A stretch of DNA of 63,697 nucleotides, counting the filler, from Lenisia limosa (lineage: Eukaryota > Protista > Breviatea): the NCBI GenBank assembly GCA_001655205.1. It is 18 parts of 18 records of this genome, joined end to end, with 100 filler letters (N's around TTAATTAATTAA, not from the genome) between each part and the next. Parts side by side here need not be neighbours in the genome. Positions count along the whole stretch, not along the records: positions 11,000 to 15,263 come from LPNZ01002818.1; positions 15,364 to 21,860 come from LPNZ01007400.1; positions 21,961 to 25,451 come from LPNZ01007708.1; 15 more parts are not named here. One strand, written 5' to 3'. Under the pieces are notes generated by a model that made no database searches, was not told the origin of the DNA, and saw only the letters and a list, made by a program, of their open reading frames with translations. Both the position numbers and the translations under genes were made by a program. Position 1 is the first letter of the stretch. Each line of letters opens with the position of its first letter. Positions 12,640 through 24,512 of the stretch are shown here, piece after piece.

Positions 12640-14200
12640 CCTGAAGAAATCTGGAGGGTCGGGTTCCAAGGAAATATCCAAGACCAAGATCAAGTCACTG
12701 TTGATCAAATAATTTTTCGGGCCGTATCTTATTCAACCACAGTAAGAATTTCTTTTGGTTAAAAGTTAAGGTCGGAAATATTGGAGAACATATTCACTTG
12801 TTCGATATTGACAACTTCTCAATCGACACTATTATTTAATTAACAAGGGAAGTAACGAAAGCAGGTAACTTTATTCTTGCACCAATTTTCAGAGCTCTTA
12901 GAAAGCGATGTTGAAGATGTAATTAGAAATATACCGCCGATTGTGTTGTTAGACAGTATGTTTTACATTAAAAATTACAACTGACTTTTCTAAGATGTGA
13001 ATGATCTCAAAGAAGGCCAAAACTACGTTATGCAATCAATATCAATTACAATGACAAAACCAATGATTGAGAGCTACAAAACAATCAAAGCTATCCATTC
13101 CGTCTTGGTTTGTTTATTTTTGACTAACATCAGTCCTTCACCAGTTCTGGAGAAATGAAACTTTTGAAGTCAGTAAGTGGAATTGAGGAGCAAACAAGAG
13201 AGGCCATCTGCAAAATTTCGCCAAGCAGTGCGACCCGTGATTCTGTGTTCCTCAAAGGTCTGGTGTAGCAATTGTTATTTTATTTAGTGGCCTTGAAATA
13301 TTATTTTAACGCATCACTGACACCGCCGCTACTTCCCGCTCTTCTCCGTTCTCTTCGAAGCCATTCAGGAGGACGGTCGAGTACAAGGTCTGTGACTTTG
13401 TGTGTAATATGATCTCTTTGACTTTTGGGGACTTAAAACTCTCCTTCCCATAATATACAGACATTATTCATACATAATCATCATCATTGTATAATATATA
13501 TACTACTATGTACACAGTAGATAATAGACAAAAAAAACGTATTTCAGATCAGACAAAAGGAAATTTACGATATTGGCCATAGAGGATGAAGCACCCCTCC
13601 CCCCAATGTCTGTTATTATATATGTATATAAGGAAACATGATAGTTTGAAAGTCAATTGCCGCCATCTGCCGTTTTCTAATCAATCAGGGGCGTCTGGAA
13701 TCGGCTTTACCTCAAATTGGACACCAGATCTTGATTATTGCCCATACTACCCCGCCCACTCATGTGCAGCTCCCTGAAATGACCAGTGTTGTTGCGTCTG
13801 ATATTTTCAGTAGAGTGTTGCCAATTACAAATGATGAAAGTCTATTGGATCTTTCAGTCATTGAAGTTAAGGGCTTTTGCTCGAAGCCTTCACTTGTTGT
13901 CCTTGCTTCATCTGAAAGAAACGCGCAATTTGCTGCACTTTTGGTAAGAAGCCTTCTATTTTGTTACAATTTAGACAAGAGTTGCCTTGTATAACGTAAC
14001 GTCGAGGGCAACGAAACGCCACAAAGATCTGTCAATGGTAGACGCTCAATACACAAAACTTGAATCACCCGCCAATGTTACTGCTCTTCTCAAAGCACTG
14101 AAGCTCCGAAGCTCTGTTTATAGTCATGCCCTTGATGGTTCAAGCAGCCTTGATGCGAGGCTTCGACATTCTGTTTTCTGTTCATGTGTAAATGTGATTT
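12640..14200 (+). CDS. One or two multi-exon genes of unknown function, convergent with the KDZ transposase
   Basis: Open exons with GT-AG ends, e.g. ...LPEMTSVVASDIFSRVLP...NAQFAALL|TRVALYNVTSRATKRHKDL..., and an upstream series DVNDLKEGQNYVMQSISIT / EAICKISPSSATRDSVFLKGLV*. No recognisable motif. Confidence 0.45.
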
Positions 14201-14574
14201 ATTAAACTTTTTTATTATTCAATGTATTATATGCGTGGCAAGTAATATGTTGACCAAACTTGTCTGCAATACTGGCAGGGTTTTTGTCTCCTGAATATCA
14301 CGTCGAGAAGAACTGAAAATTCAACAGGGACGCATTCTTTAGAGTGATTGATATAATGGGAAGGAGACAAAGAGTTCCTCTCTCCCCAATGCTTAAAGTG
14401 AAGATAGAAATTGATTAACAGTTGTATCATACCGACCGTCCACACCTGTTATTATGTAGTATTTCTCCCACAGTGCTCCGTTGTATTAAAAGGTATCAAC
14501 ACATACATTTAGTACAAACAATTACAAGAAAACGTAACTAGACCTATTTCAGTTAATACCACAAGGTGATGTAC

Positions 14575-15263
14575 CTACTTTGTTCAGGTTATACTTCGCA
14601 AGAACATCAAGAAGGGCATAGAGGGCATTAATCTAGAGTGTAAGCCTCATACAACAGCTTTAATTGCACATGAGTCTGCTTTAACATACCGGTGTGTAGA
14701 AATGAAAGCAAGGCAAGATTTTGAGAGCTCCCTATTTGCACGTTCACATGCCTTGAATTAGAGATGAAGTGGAGGAAATAGTTCATGCTTTATCATGACA
14801 TTTTGTTGTCTTGTGAACCGACTTTAGAGCCCCAGTGATACTTTTTTGAAGTAAAATTATAGGTTATTTTGGCGTGAACTATCCAGGAAATTGATTTCCA
14901 AATTTCCTACTTCAGTATTGACACCGACAAGGGCAGGGTACGCGTGGGAATCGAAGGAGGCTCCGCAGTTGACGTGAGAAAGGAAATGGAAACGGTCAAC
15001 GACAAGCAAGCGAAGGCGCAGGAGAAAATAAGGATCGTGAATATGGAGGGTCGTGGCTAAGTTACATGCATTGTCGTAAACTATTACCGAGATATCTGTA
15101 TTATTTGACAAAATAAGACCCAAAAAAACTGATGAAATAATATCATTGCGATCCAAACCAACATACTATCCATTCCGAATCTCTCTTGAACCCATTGGGT
15201 CAATACTGCGGTCGACTCTGTGACCGCGAAGATTTTGGAGGCGATGACGTTGCCGTGGTTGCA
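14575..15263 (-). mobile_element. KDZ (Kyakuja-Dileera-Zisupton) transposase catalytic region, intron-containing, 5' part cut by the scaffold end
   Basis: Spliced product: CNHGNVIASKIFAVTES...GMD|NISVIVYDNACNL...LVVDRFHFLSHVNCGASFDS...LVGVNTE|ACERANRELSK (introns 15096-15166 and 14752-14910). This matches the KDZ motifs C.HG, ES, YDxAC, D.FH..H.C and N..xE..N. Confidence 0.8.
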
Positions 15264-15363
15264 NNNNNNNNNNNNNNNNNNNNNNNNNNNNNNNNNNNNN
15301 NNNNNNNTTAATTAATTAANNNNNNNNNNNNNNNNNNNNNNNNNNNNNNNNNNNNNNNNNNNN

Positions 15364-15402
15364 GTCGCTTCTGCAGCACCGCATCCCATCACTCCAGCGT
15401 AC
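15364..15402 (-). mobile_element. Family C 5' end beginning at a CAG|GTACGC donor
   Basis: CAG|GTACGCTGGAGTGATGGGATGCGGTGCTGCAGAAGCGAC, truncated by the scaffold end. Confidence 0.7.
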
Positions 15403-16779
15403 CTGCAGGGGTATTTCGTCATGGACTACCCTGTCCGTTTCCATCTTTTATTAATTTATTCAGACACAATCGACCTAGTCCTCTCTCCGCAATTACGAGG
15501 TGATTCTGGGCAAGTCTCATGACTTGGTTCATGTACCTTATCCACCCTCCTTCGGAAACGAGGATACCAGTAAAAGATACACCTGCACTGACCCTGACTG
15601 GGGGGGGGGGGGGNNNNNNNNNNNNNNNNNNNNNNNNNNNNNNNNNNNNNNNNNNNNNNNNNNNNNNNNNNNNNNNNNNNNNNNNNNNNNACGCTTCCTC
15701 AAATCACTTCTTGCAAATCTTTGACAGGTTCTTGATACGTCGGTGTGTGAATGCTAAATTATTGGCGCGAACAGGTTGGCTTATTTTTCCAATAATAATT
15801 TTCAAAACAATCTGGGTGGTTCAAGCATAGAAAATATTTTGCATTAAATTATACATTTGACCAATGAACAAAATTTCGGAAATTTCTGAAAAAAATAAAA
15901 AATCATTATCTGTGTTATGATATAAAATGATGAAACTAATTACGTACAAGAAACAAAACTGTGAAATCACTTCAGAGACCAAAAGTGTTGATATTCACAG
16001 CGTATTGATTCATTTGATTCAATAAAACCAACCTTTAATTGCATTATTTCTGAAATCAATTGGGCTTCACTATTTTTGGTTTTATTCTAAATGTAATGAA
16101 GTATATCTTTGATAAGAAAAACGCACTGAGTGTATGAAGTATTTTTTATAAAAAAAAATTCAAGAGTGTTGTCTTTGGGAGTTACAATAATATATCCAAT
16201 ACTATATGACTTTCTTCATTGACAGACTTAGCCTCCAGGGCTTTATCCTGGATGAGAAATCCATTGATGCCTGGGTTTGAAAAAACCTGTTGATTTTTGT
16301 TTTGGTGTGGAGGCGCAGCTGACACTTCAGCAGGTAGATCACCATCATCATCGGAACGAAAATGACGACCCAGTATTGAGGTTACTATTCTTAATACATG
16401 CAAGATTACCCGTTAAAATATATAATTACCGTGGGAAGTAGGACAATCAGAAGAGGAGATAGACATATAATCAGGTTTAAGATGACATGGACAGTTTTCA
16501 GCATCCAAGAGGTTTGGCGCTTTCAACTGCTGAGCTACTTTAATATGATTAAGGATGAGTCAAGATACAGGAATTGCATTTTTATTGAATAGAGAGACTT
16601 TGAAGGCCGAACGGACAGTTATCAGGCAACAAATCAACGGAACATTTAATGGCGGTGCGAATATTAACTGATTCATGACAGTAATGGAATCCGAACTCCT
16701 CTCTGATTTTGCGAGGAGGACGGTAGTCAGCATGAAGGAAGAGTCAAATAGCCGTATATATAAAGCGAGTGATAATTTC

Positions 16780-16876
16780 ATCGTCGTTTGTCATGAATAC
16801 AAAAACCATATATGATATCATATGATATATATACATATCATAGTATATGGTTTTTGTATTCACGACAAACGACGAT
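16780..16876. repeat. Near-perfect 33-bp inverted repeat with a 31-nt AT-rich loop
   Basis: ATCGTCGTTTGTCATGAATACAAAAACCATATA (16780-16812) pairs with 16844-16876, one mismatch. Confidence 0.85.
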
Positions 16877-19376
16877 CATATATAAATTTTCTATATCGAT
16901 ATATGATATCATATGTCAATCGGTTGTCTCGATGAGATTCAAACTCTCGCAGCCTATCATGCTGGCGTCTCTACCCCTATTGACGCCGTCCTCGCTTTTC
17001 TTTATGCCTCCACTACCGACCCTGAGGAAGAAGAAGCAAGAAGAAGAACGCCTTAAGGCAAAAGTGTTTAGAGTTTTGCTGGATGGACACAGAAATCGCC
17101 ACCGTCTACTCCCTTCTGGTGGGCAAAAATGGAACGCGCCATTTACAGATGACCTTACTAGTATAGGTTGGTGTTCAACCCCCTCTTTAGAATAACAGCA
17201 TTTTGAGCATAATAAAGTGCCAACACAGATTTTTAAGGAAAATTCAAATCTGAAGTCCATTTTTGGAGAATATGTACTGGTTTTGAGATATTTGAATACA
17301 CTTGTATGTAATGGTTTTTTCAAGAATTTTCCTTGTTCAGTAGTCAAAATATTGCCAATGGTCGAAATAGACGTCTGATTAAAGTATATGCTGCGTCAGT
17401 AACGTCATGCTGGCCTATCGCTGTCAAACTGGATGTTGTCGATGGTGAGGCCTCTCTCAAGGTCCTTGGTGACCGGGGGAAGACTCGCCCATGCGGCAGA
17501 TTCCGTAATAACCTACGAGGCTCGGATGAGGATATTCTTCTTGTTATTGGGGCCAGTCGAGGGGGGGCGGGTGCGTACGAGCTTGTGAACTGGGCGGACG
17601 ACATATCGGGAGCCTGTTTGACTAGCTTGGACTTGTTTGCCTTGTTGATGCTCAGGATCATTCCGGATAATTTGTAAGGTATGACTCGTAATCATTTTAC
17701 CTTTGGGCTGCATAAGGTCCGTTGATGGGATGGGGCTGGCCATTTATGGCTGCGTAATGGGCGAGAGCAAAGGCATAACCTGAGCAGGCCCGCCTTCCTT
17801 TCATACGCGGGATGATGTAGGCCAACCATAATTCACTTATTTATACAGTGCTTTTTCAAATACTATATGCAAAACACCACCTTCATGACACATCAATATT
17901 TCATGCAAACTACATTAAAAACACGGATTATGTGCTTAAAATCGTCCCCGTGATAAAGCAAAGACGTTCTTGTACCAATAGTTTAAAATTTCCCCACTCA
18001 TGAGCAACCAAGGAGCATATACATACTATATATAGTATATGTAAGTAGAAAAAACGAGGCAAGCAAAAAAAATGAGTGTAAATTACTCAAAAATGGGCGA
18101 AAATATGATAGCAAAATGGGGGAGTGGTGGAACATAATACTGTTGGGGATAACAAAACTGCTGAGAGAAAGTAAAAGGAGTCTGGGGAGGAGGGAATAAA
18201 GCCATATTGTGAAGGAATTGGTCCAGGATTGAAATTATGAAAACATTGAGGAAAAGGAGGAGGAGTAGGACACGGCATCTGGTAATTGGGGTCAGTAATG
18301 AGCTGAGACGGTCGGGTCTGGAGGGATGGTGAAGGAGTAGGAAGCTTTGAAGGCTTAACAGCCTTCTTTTTCTTTTCGATCAGATCTGTACGTGATTAGT
18401 TGCAGCTTTTTGAGCAAAACCCTCTTTTGATGTACTTCTCGGTAGATTGAAAGAACGTGTGACCTGCAATAGCCTGGCACGTACAGGTACGTCTATCAAC
18501 TTCATAGACATACTCAATTACGCTCTCTTTGATGTCCTTGGTTGTAATGGTGAAAGGAACTTTATAGTAGGTAAGAAGCGGGCGTTCTAAATGAGTGTTG
18601 GTTTTTTCCAACAGGAGTGGAAGCCTAGGAAGAGGTTTTGATGCTTCAATTTCCCTTTGGGGTGAGAAAGAAGGGTGAATCGGGAGTTAGCTCCGCATGC
18701 TTCGAACATTTTGCAATATATCTGGTAATCTTTTCACATGCTGTGTGACAATTCTGCATTCAGGGGCTTCATCACTTTCATCTGTAAGGCGGTGAGATTT
18801 GTCTTCAGGGAGAAGGATTCGGTAACCACCTACGATGGTTTTATTCAATTGAAGTCTCAATGAAGCACAACGAAGTGCAGTAATGGCAATGGCAGAAAGA
18901 ATAGCATATTGAAAAAGTTCGCCTGGTGTCTGAGGGTCAAAGTTCAACAAGAGAAGAAGAACCATCATCATTATTATCAAAAACATCAGGAATAGTTTCA
19001 GTTTCCGCTTCAGCTTTGGCAGCAGCCTCAGCTTTAGCATTGGCCTGGGCCGTACGCACCTACTTTACTCTCATTTTGGAGTGGTACTCTTCAGCGCGAA
19101 GCTTGAGGTGTTGGATAGCAGCGTTAATTCGAGAGAGAAAGAACTTGGACTTCCATAATTAATCAAATCTTGGAACAAAAAAAAAAAAGGAACCTTCCAG
19201 GATCCTTGGAATCCTTAAAAATACGCTTGAGACCCATGAACAGGTTGCTGATTCTTCTTGGCTTGAAATATTTCCCAGAAGAGTCTCTCCAACAAGCTAC
19301 AAATTTGGGAAGAACTCTATCCAACTCACTCACCGAATAAGAAGCAGAGGTGAATTCCTTCTTGTGGCGACAATTT

Positions 19377-19812
19377 GGTTCCTCGGTTATCACTCGGCTA
19401 TGCCTCGTTCGTCCCTCGGAACCTCCTTCAACCAACCTCGAAAATGCACCCATGCCATATTCCCTCGGAAACTGTGAAGTTTTGGACGTCATTTTTTTAC
19501 TGTAGATTTGATCATATTTTTCGTCATATTTTTTAATCAAAACATCATTTTAAAAGAAAAGTTAAACTCAAGATTCTTTCGGGACAACGGGTGGGTGGAA
19601 GTAAGAAGGGGTGAGTGGGAAGGGGGATATATGATAGAACCACTTATGGATATGATAAAATATGTTTTGCATGTTTCCGAGTGGATATGGCATTCCAGGA
19701 TTTCTGCGGTTGTTTTAAGGAGGTTCCGAGGGACGAACGAGGCATAGCCGAGTGAGAACCGAGGAACCTCCTTAAAACAACCAAGGAAATCCCGAATGCC
19801 ATATCTCCGAGG
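19377..19812. mobile_element. Foldback element with about 95-bp inverted arms plus a partial third copy
   Basis: 19377-19472 is the reverse complement of 19673-19768 (core CACTCGGCTATGCCTCGTTCGTCCCTCGGAACCTCCTT); a partial direct copy follows to about 19812. Confidence 0.7.
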
Positions 19813-20282
19813 GTCTGCGTCTAAGGGATATGGTCATTTTTAGCCAGAAAGAAATAGAAATATCAAAGGCTTAATAGAAAAATAATACTATGTAAACGCT
19901 CTCGAGCGAAAACTGAATTTTAAGTGGCTCAAACAGCCTGACACAATGCTTATCAAACAACTATTATTTTTTTTTAAAATGTGACAAAATTATCTGATTT
20001 CTTTGCGGTTACCGATATTATATATGATATAGTAATAGAATTCTGTTTTATTATGAGGGAATGTAGTTTTTGGTTGCTTTTTATTCTATTGTGGCCGTTT
20101 CAATAGAGAAAAAAAACAATCATAAATCGTCTATTCTTCAGCTGGAAAAAATGTCAATAACTCTTCCCCAATCCTTAACTCTCAATACCGTCAAAAAAAG
20201 CAAGCCAAACCTCCAAAAGTGAATTGGAATGGAAAACGAACTTAGTTCTTGGTTTGCAGCCACGTATGATATATGTGGGTCC

Positions 20283-20908
20283 TCAAAGCTCTGGACATCA
20301 TTCAAAATTCCCGGACACATCAAAACTCCCGGACAGCTTGAAGTTGACACCTNNNNNNNNNNNNNNNNNNNNNNNNNNNNNNNNNNNNNNNNNNNNNNNN
20401 NNNNNNNNNNNNNNNNNNNNNNNNNNNNNNNNNNNNNNNNNNNNGTCCCCCTTTTGCCTTTTCACTGGATTTTTTTCCGAATCTTACCCTCTTTTAGTGT
20501 TAAGAAACAAAAATTTGTACCCCTCGGAGTAATTGGTTCCGGGTTCCCATTTGATTTGGCTATGTAATGGTGTATTTTGAGGAAAAAATGCAACAAATAG
20601 CACTGTCTACAGGGGTATACTTTCCCGGATAGTTGCCATTTATTCCTTGAATGTGGCCTTTTATAACGGTTTTTGCTTGTTTTTGACCGTTTTTGGACCG
20701 TAAATAGAGAGCTTAGGGACTTAATTTGGTTTTGACCCTATAATATGTTAAATTGGGGTTTCATTATTTGATTAAGATTGAGATTAACTTTCAAAAACAG
20801 AAGGGAAATAGGGTTTCTGGGTGGTTTATGGTGATTTTGTATGGAAAACTCAAGCTGTCCGGGAGTTTTGATGTGTCCGGGAATTTTGAATGATGTCCGG
20901 AGCTTTGA
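20283..20908. mobile_element. Non-autonomous DNA element with about 62-bp TIRs containing three iterated TCCCGGACA-like motifs
   Basis: TCAAAGCTCTGGACATCATTCAAAATTCCCGGACACATCAAAACTCCCGGACAGCTTGA (20283-20345) is inverted at 20847-20908. Confidence 0.7.
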
Positions 20909-21016
20909 CTATACATATAGCTATATATATTATAGCCAAATAAAATAGATAGATATTATATGTATCTTGTGTTAAAAAAAGGGGTGAGGGGGGTCAACAT
21001 AGTTTGTGAGCCATAC

Positions 21017-21141
21017 CTGCTCAGCAGACATCTCACTCAACTGCAGCTGCAACGATGATATTAATTCTTTCTGCCTTTGTCTATACAATCTACTGGCAGC
21101 TCTTGTTTGGTTTGCTCTTTTCTGTAACTTTTCTTCATCAG
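21017..21141 (-). CDS. bZIP transcription factor, basic region plus start of the leucine zipper (one exon)
   Basis: AG|...DEEKLQKRANQTRAASRLYRQRQKELISSLQLQLSEMSAEQ|GTATGG; basic N..A(A)S..R.R.K pattern with heptad leucines. Confidence 0.75.
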
Positions 21142-23551
21142 CTACAAAACAATTGTTAAAAAAAAAACGAGAAGAGATTCAAAAAAAAAGGGGAGACGGG
21201 GGGAGTCAAAGTTGGTTCAGAATGTAGCAAAATATTATGCTATTATTCATTTCCCTGACAAATATTACTTAGTTTGCGTATTGATATTGAGGATTTATCT
21301 TGATTTCAAACAAATTTCCCAGCAGGAGCAGCAAAGTTAGTCGCAGCGTGGCGGCGATGTTTTCCTTGGTATTCATGATGATTTAGGAGGAAAAAAGGTC
21401 GCGACCTGGGAGATGAAATACTAATACCGTTTACTGTACAACTTTATTCAATGAAATTTTATCAATCGCCCACTTAAATTTTTTTACTATTATTAACAAA
21501 AAATAAATATCAACTGCCCTCTATCATCCACCCAGACAAGAGGGGCTTATCATTGGTGTACCCTGCTTCCCAGAAGGCGTGCTCCCTACGAAGTTGAATA
21601 TAAAAGTATTCGCCGAGACCACCCTTGCCAACTCGACTTCTCTCTTCATTTCTTGAGTTTTACCAATACAAAAGCACATATTTTTATTATCTTCATCAGT
21701 CATTAGGTTATTTTACTTGTATTAATGGCTAACGAACAAACATGAGGAGTAATAGTGTGAAACAACACCAAAAATATTTTCGACGGCGGGGAAAATGATA
21801 TTATGGTGGAGTTTTTGGCCGGTAGTAATATATAGTATATGATATGCGGCCTTTCAAAATNNNNNNNNNNNNNNNNNNNNNNNNNNNNNNNNNNNNNNNN
21901 NNNNTTAATTAATTAANNNNNNNNNNNNNNNNNNNNNNNNNNNNNNNNNNNNNNNNNNNNCAAGGAAAATGTTCATTTGGCTTTTTTTCACAGATAGAGG
22001 AAAATTCACGGATATATGGACGGTGTATATATACTATGTATACATCGATATATATACATTAATTTGAGTTGATTTTCTGTTTTTACACCATCACGCTTAT
22101 CAGAAACGCTTATCAACGATATGCATTATGGAGTTGAGAAATAAAACAAGGTTTATCTGGGCGAAGCCGTCCACACCATCAGACTTCTTATTGAGATTGG
22201 GTTATAGTATAATAGTAATTCAATCACTTGCCGTACACACCCCTTTCTGCGCATAAATAAATCACGCTTCATGAACATTTTTACACCTCATGCACCAAAC
22301 CAACATGTTTCTTGAGGGCCGCGGAGAAAGCTTCCTGGATTGAGGGTACGCAGAAATCGCCAAATGTCCAGCGGACCAAGAACACCGACAGTAGCGCGAG
22401 GATATGGCCGATCCGCAGCATCTATGGTGTAATCATCCGTTTTCGGCCACCATTGTTATCATCAATTTTGATATTGTTACACAAGCAAACACCTTTGAAC
22501 ATATCACTCACCATCCAAATGATCTGCAAAAGGATTTCAGACGGAAGGTTATTTTTCGCTTCTTTTCCTATACAGTCTTTATGATTTCGTTTAAATTACA
22601 AGATTCCAAGAGGGCCCGGCTGGTAAAAGTGCGAGAGCTTTTGTCAACAACTTGGGAGCATAGTGTCCCTAGCATTTACGATAATAAAAGAACAAATTAA
22701 TTTTAAAAAAGGAAAAAACATTCATACGATATAGTGCATTGAATCATTCAAGAAGATATACTACATCAGACTACTTAGTTGAAACTTAGAAGGAAAAGAG
22801 TACCTCAGAATTTTTTTCTGCCAGAGTTGTTTCTGTTTCTATTAACTCTGGTTTATAGCCCGTTAACTAGTCTTATAGAGCGATAATATGTCATAAATCA
22901 TGTGAAAATGCCACCTAAACGAAAATACGGAAGGAAGAACGTCGATGCGGTTGCTGAGACATCCCCACGCTCCTCTTCCGGTAGGCTACTTCTACAAGTC
23001 ATTTAAATCTTGCAATATCGGAGGCAATTACCTCTTACCCCTCCAGTTCCCGCACCTAAGACTCCTAACGATCCGCATCTTCTAAAGGTTTGAACCCAAT
23101 ATTGGCTCTTTCTTTTTCTGTAGTGCGATCTTGTTCAACATTTGATTGAACTGGGAATTTTAGATTTATTGGCATTGATTCTTCACCCTTGAGTGAAGTT
23201 AGTTTCCTCAAATAACTGCCGTTGGCCATTGTCTAACCACTTTGTTCAAACTGATTATCAGATATAGCATCTGGATTTATAAACGTGAAAGATGGTTTCT
23301 TATTTGCAAATTGCAGTGGTATCAAGGATGATCTCAGATGACTTAAGGTCACTTTAACAAAACCACCCATACCTTCGTGACATCTGCAGATTGGACCAGT
23401 GAAACGCAAATATGGCCAGAAGAATACAGTGGACAGTGAGGGCAACATCCCAATGAGGCGACAGCGAAGTCTTCCGGTCAGGGGGCACACATAAATACCA
23501 ATCGATATGAATATAATATATCTACTAAATTGTTCATATCATCGAAATACC

Positions 23552-23735
23552 CCCCCGCTGGAGTGATGGGGGATGTGGTGCTGCAGAAGCGACTGGCCTN
23601 NNNNNNNNNNNNNNNNNNNNNNNNNNNNNNNNNNNNNNNNNNNNNNNNNNNNNNNNNNNNNNNNNNNNNNNNNNNNNNNNNNNNNNNNNNNNNTAGAGTT
23701 GATTTGAGCTTTTTTTGTTTCATAAATTTTCCCTT
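23552..23735 (+). mobile_element. Family C copy (gapped)
   Basis: GCTGGAGTGATGGGGGATGTGGTGCTGCAGAAGCGACTGGCC...AGAGTTGATTTGAGCTTTTTTGTTTCATAAATTTTCC. Confidence 0.75.
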
Positions 23736-24437
23736 TCTCTCTCTCGCTCTCCCTCACACACACCCCTTTCTTGCTCGCTTTCTCTATCTCTCTCCCTTTA
23801 AAGGAATAGTTATTAAAGCCGGCTGCGAACCAGAATGACCCCTCAGAGTGTATGGATTTTACCATATTTCGGGCCTGGAAGGAGTTGAAGAGAATGCGGG
23901 ATAGTTCCCCCCCCCCCCCCNNNNNNNNNNNNNNNNNNNNNNNNNNNNNNNNNNNNNNNNNNNNNNNNNNNNNNNNNNNNNNNNNNNNNNNNNNNNNNNN
24001 NNNNNNTCCTTTCTGATTTTGCAGTACACAAAATCCCGTCCGAAGGCGTCCGAAGTGATTTCATGGTAACGCTGGTTGTTTTGATGACTGTCTTTTGTTT
24101 TGTGGTATAGGTGGACTGGGTTGAAGAAGTGTAAGGTTTTTTTGGAGATAATTTGTTGGTACGACCCATCACTTTTTCTCTGGTCAACTTGGGCAACTAT
24201 TGCTAATTTTTCGTGTCCAAATCAGCATAGGAGCTAATTAGACCCATACTTGGTTATTCCTATCTACCCTTATTTGACGAACTCCATGCTCTCCATATAT
24301 GCATATTGTGTAGTATCAAGCTTAACCGTCTTTTTAGCTTCGACCTGGAAACACCGAAGCCTTTAGACTCGTTTGACTTGGCAACGACGGAAAATGAATC
24401 AAAGAAGTGAGACGGAATCGATATCTTTTCATGCAGC

Positions 24438-24512
24438 CCCAGAAAGACTGAAATTCTCGATAAATCCTCGGCAAATATATTTCACGGGTCCTTTTCCGAC
24501 CATAGGGAAGCC
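24438..24512. mobile_element. hAT-like MITE (family A), degenerate
   Basis: AAAGACTGAAATTCTCGATAAATCCTCG...CCGACCATAGGGAAGCC. Confidence 0.65.

Noticed and set aside
14200-16400. Functional linkage between genes or elements across scaffold joins (e.g. KDZ with the family C copy at 15364)
   Set aside because: They are separated by the artificial linker at 15308, so order and adjacency carry no information.
18396-18611. YEVDRRTCTCQ as a SWIM finger of a MULE transposase
   Set aside because: The closing CxH is missing and no MULE DDE motifs were found nearby.
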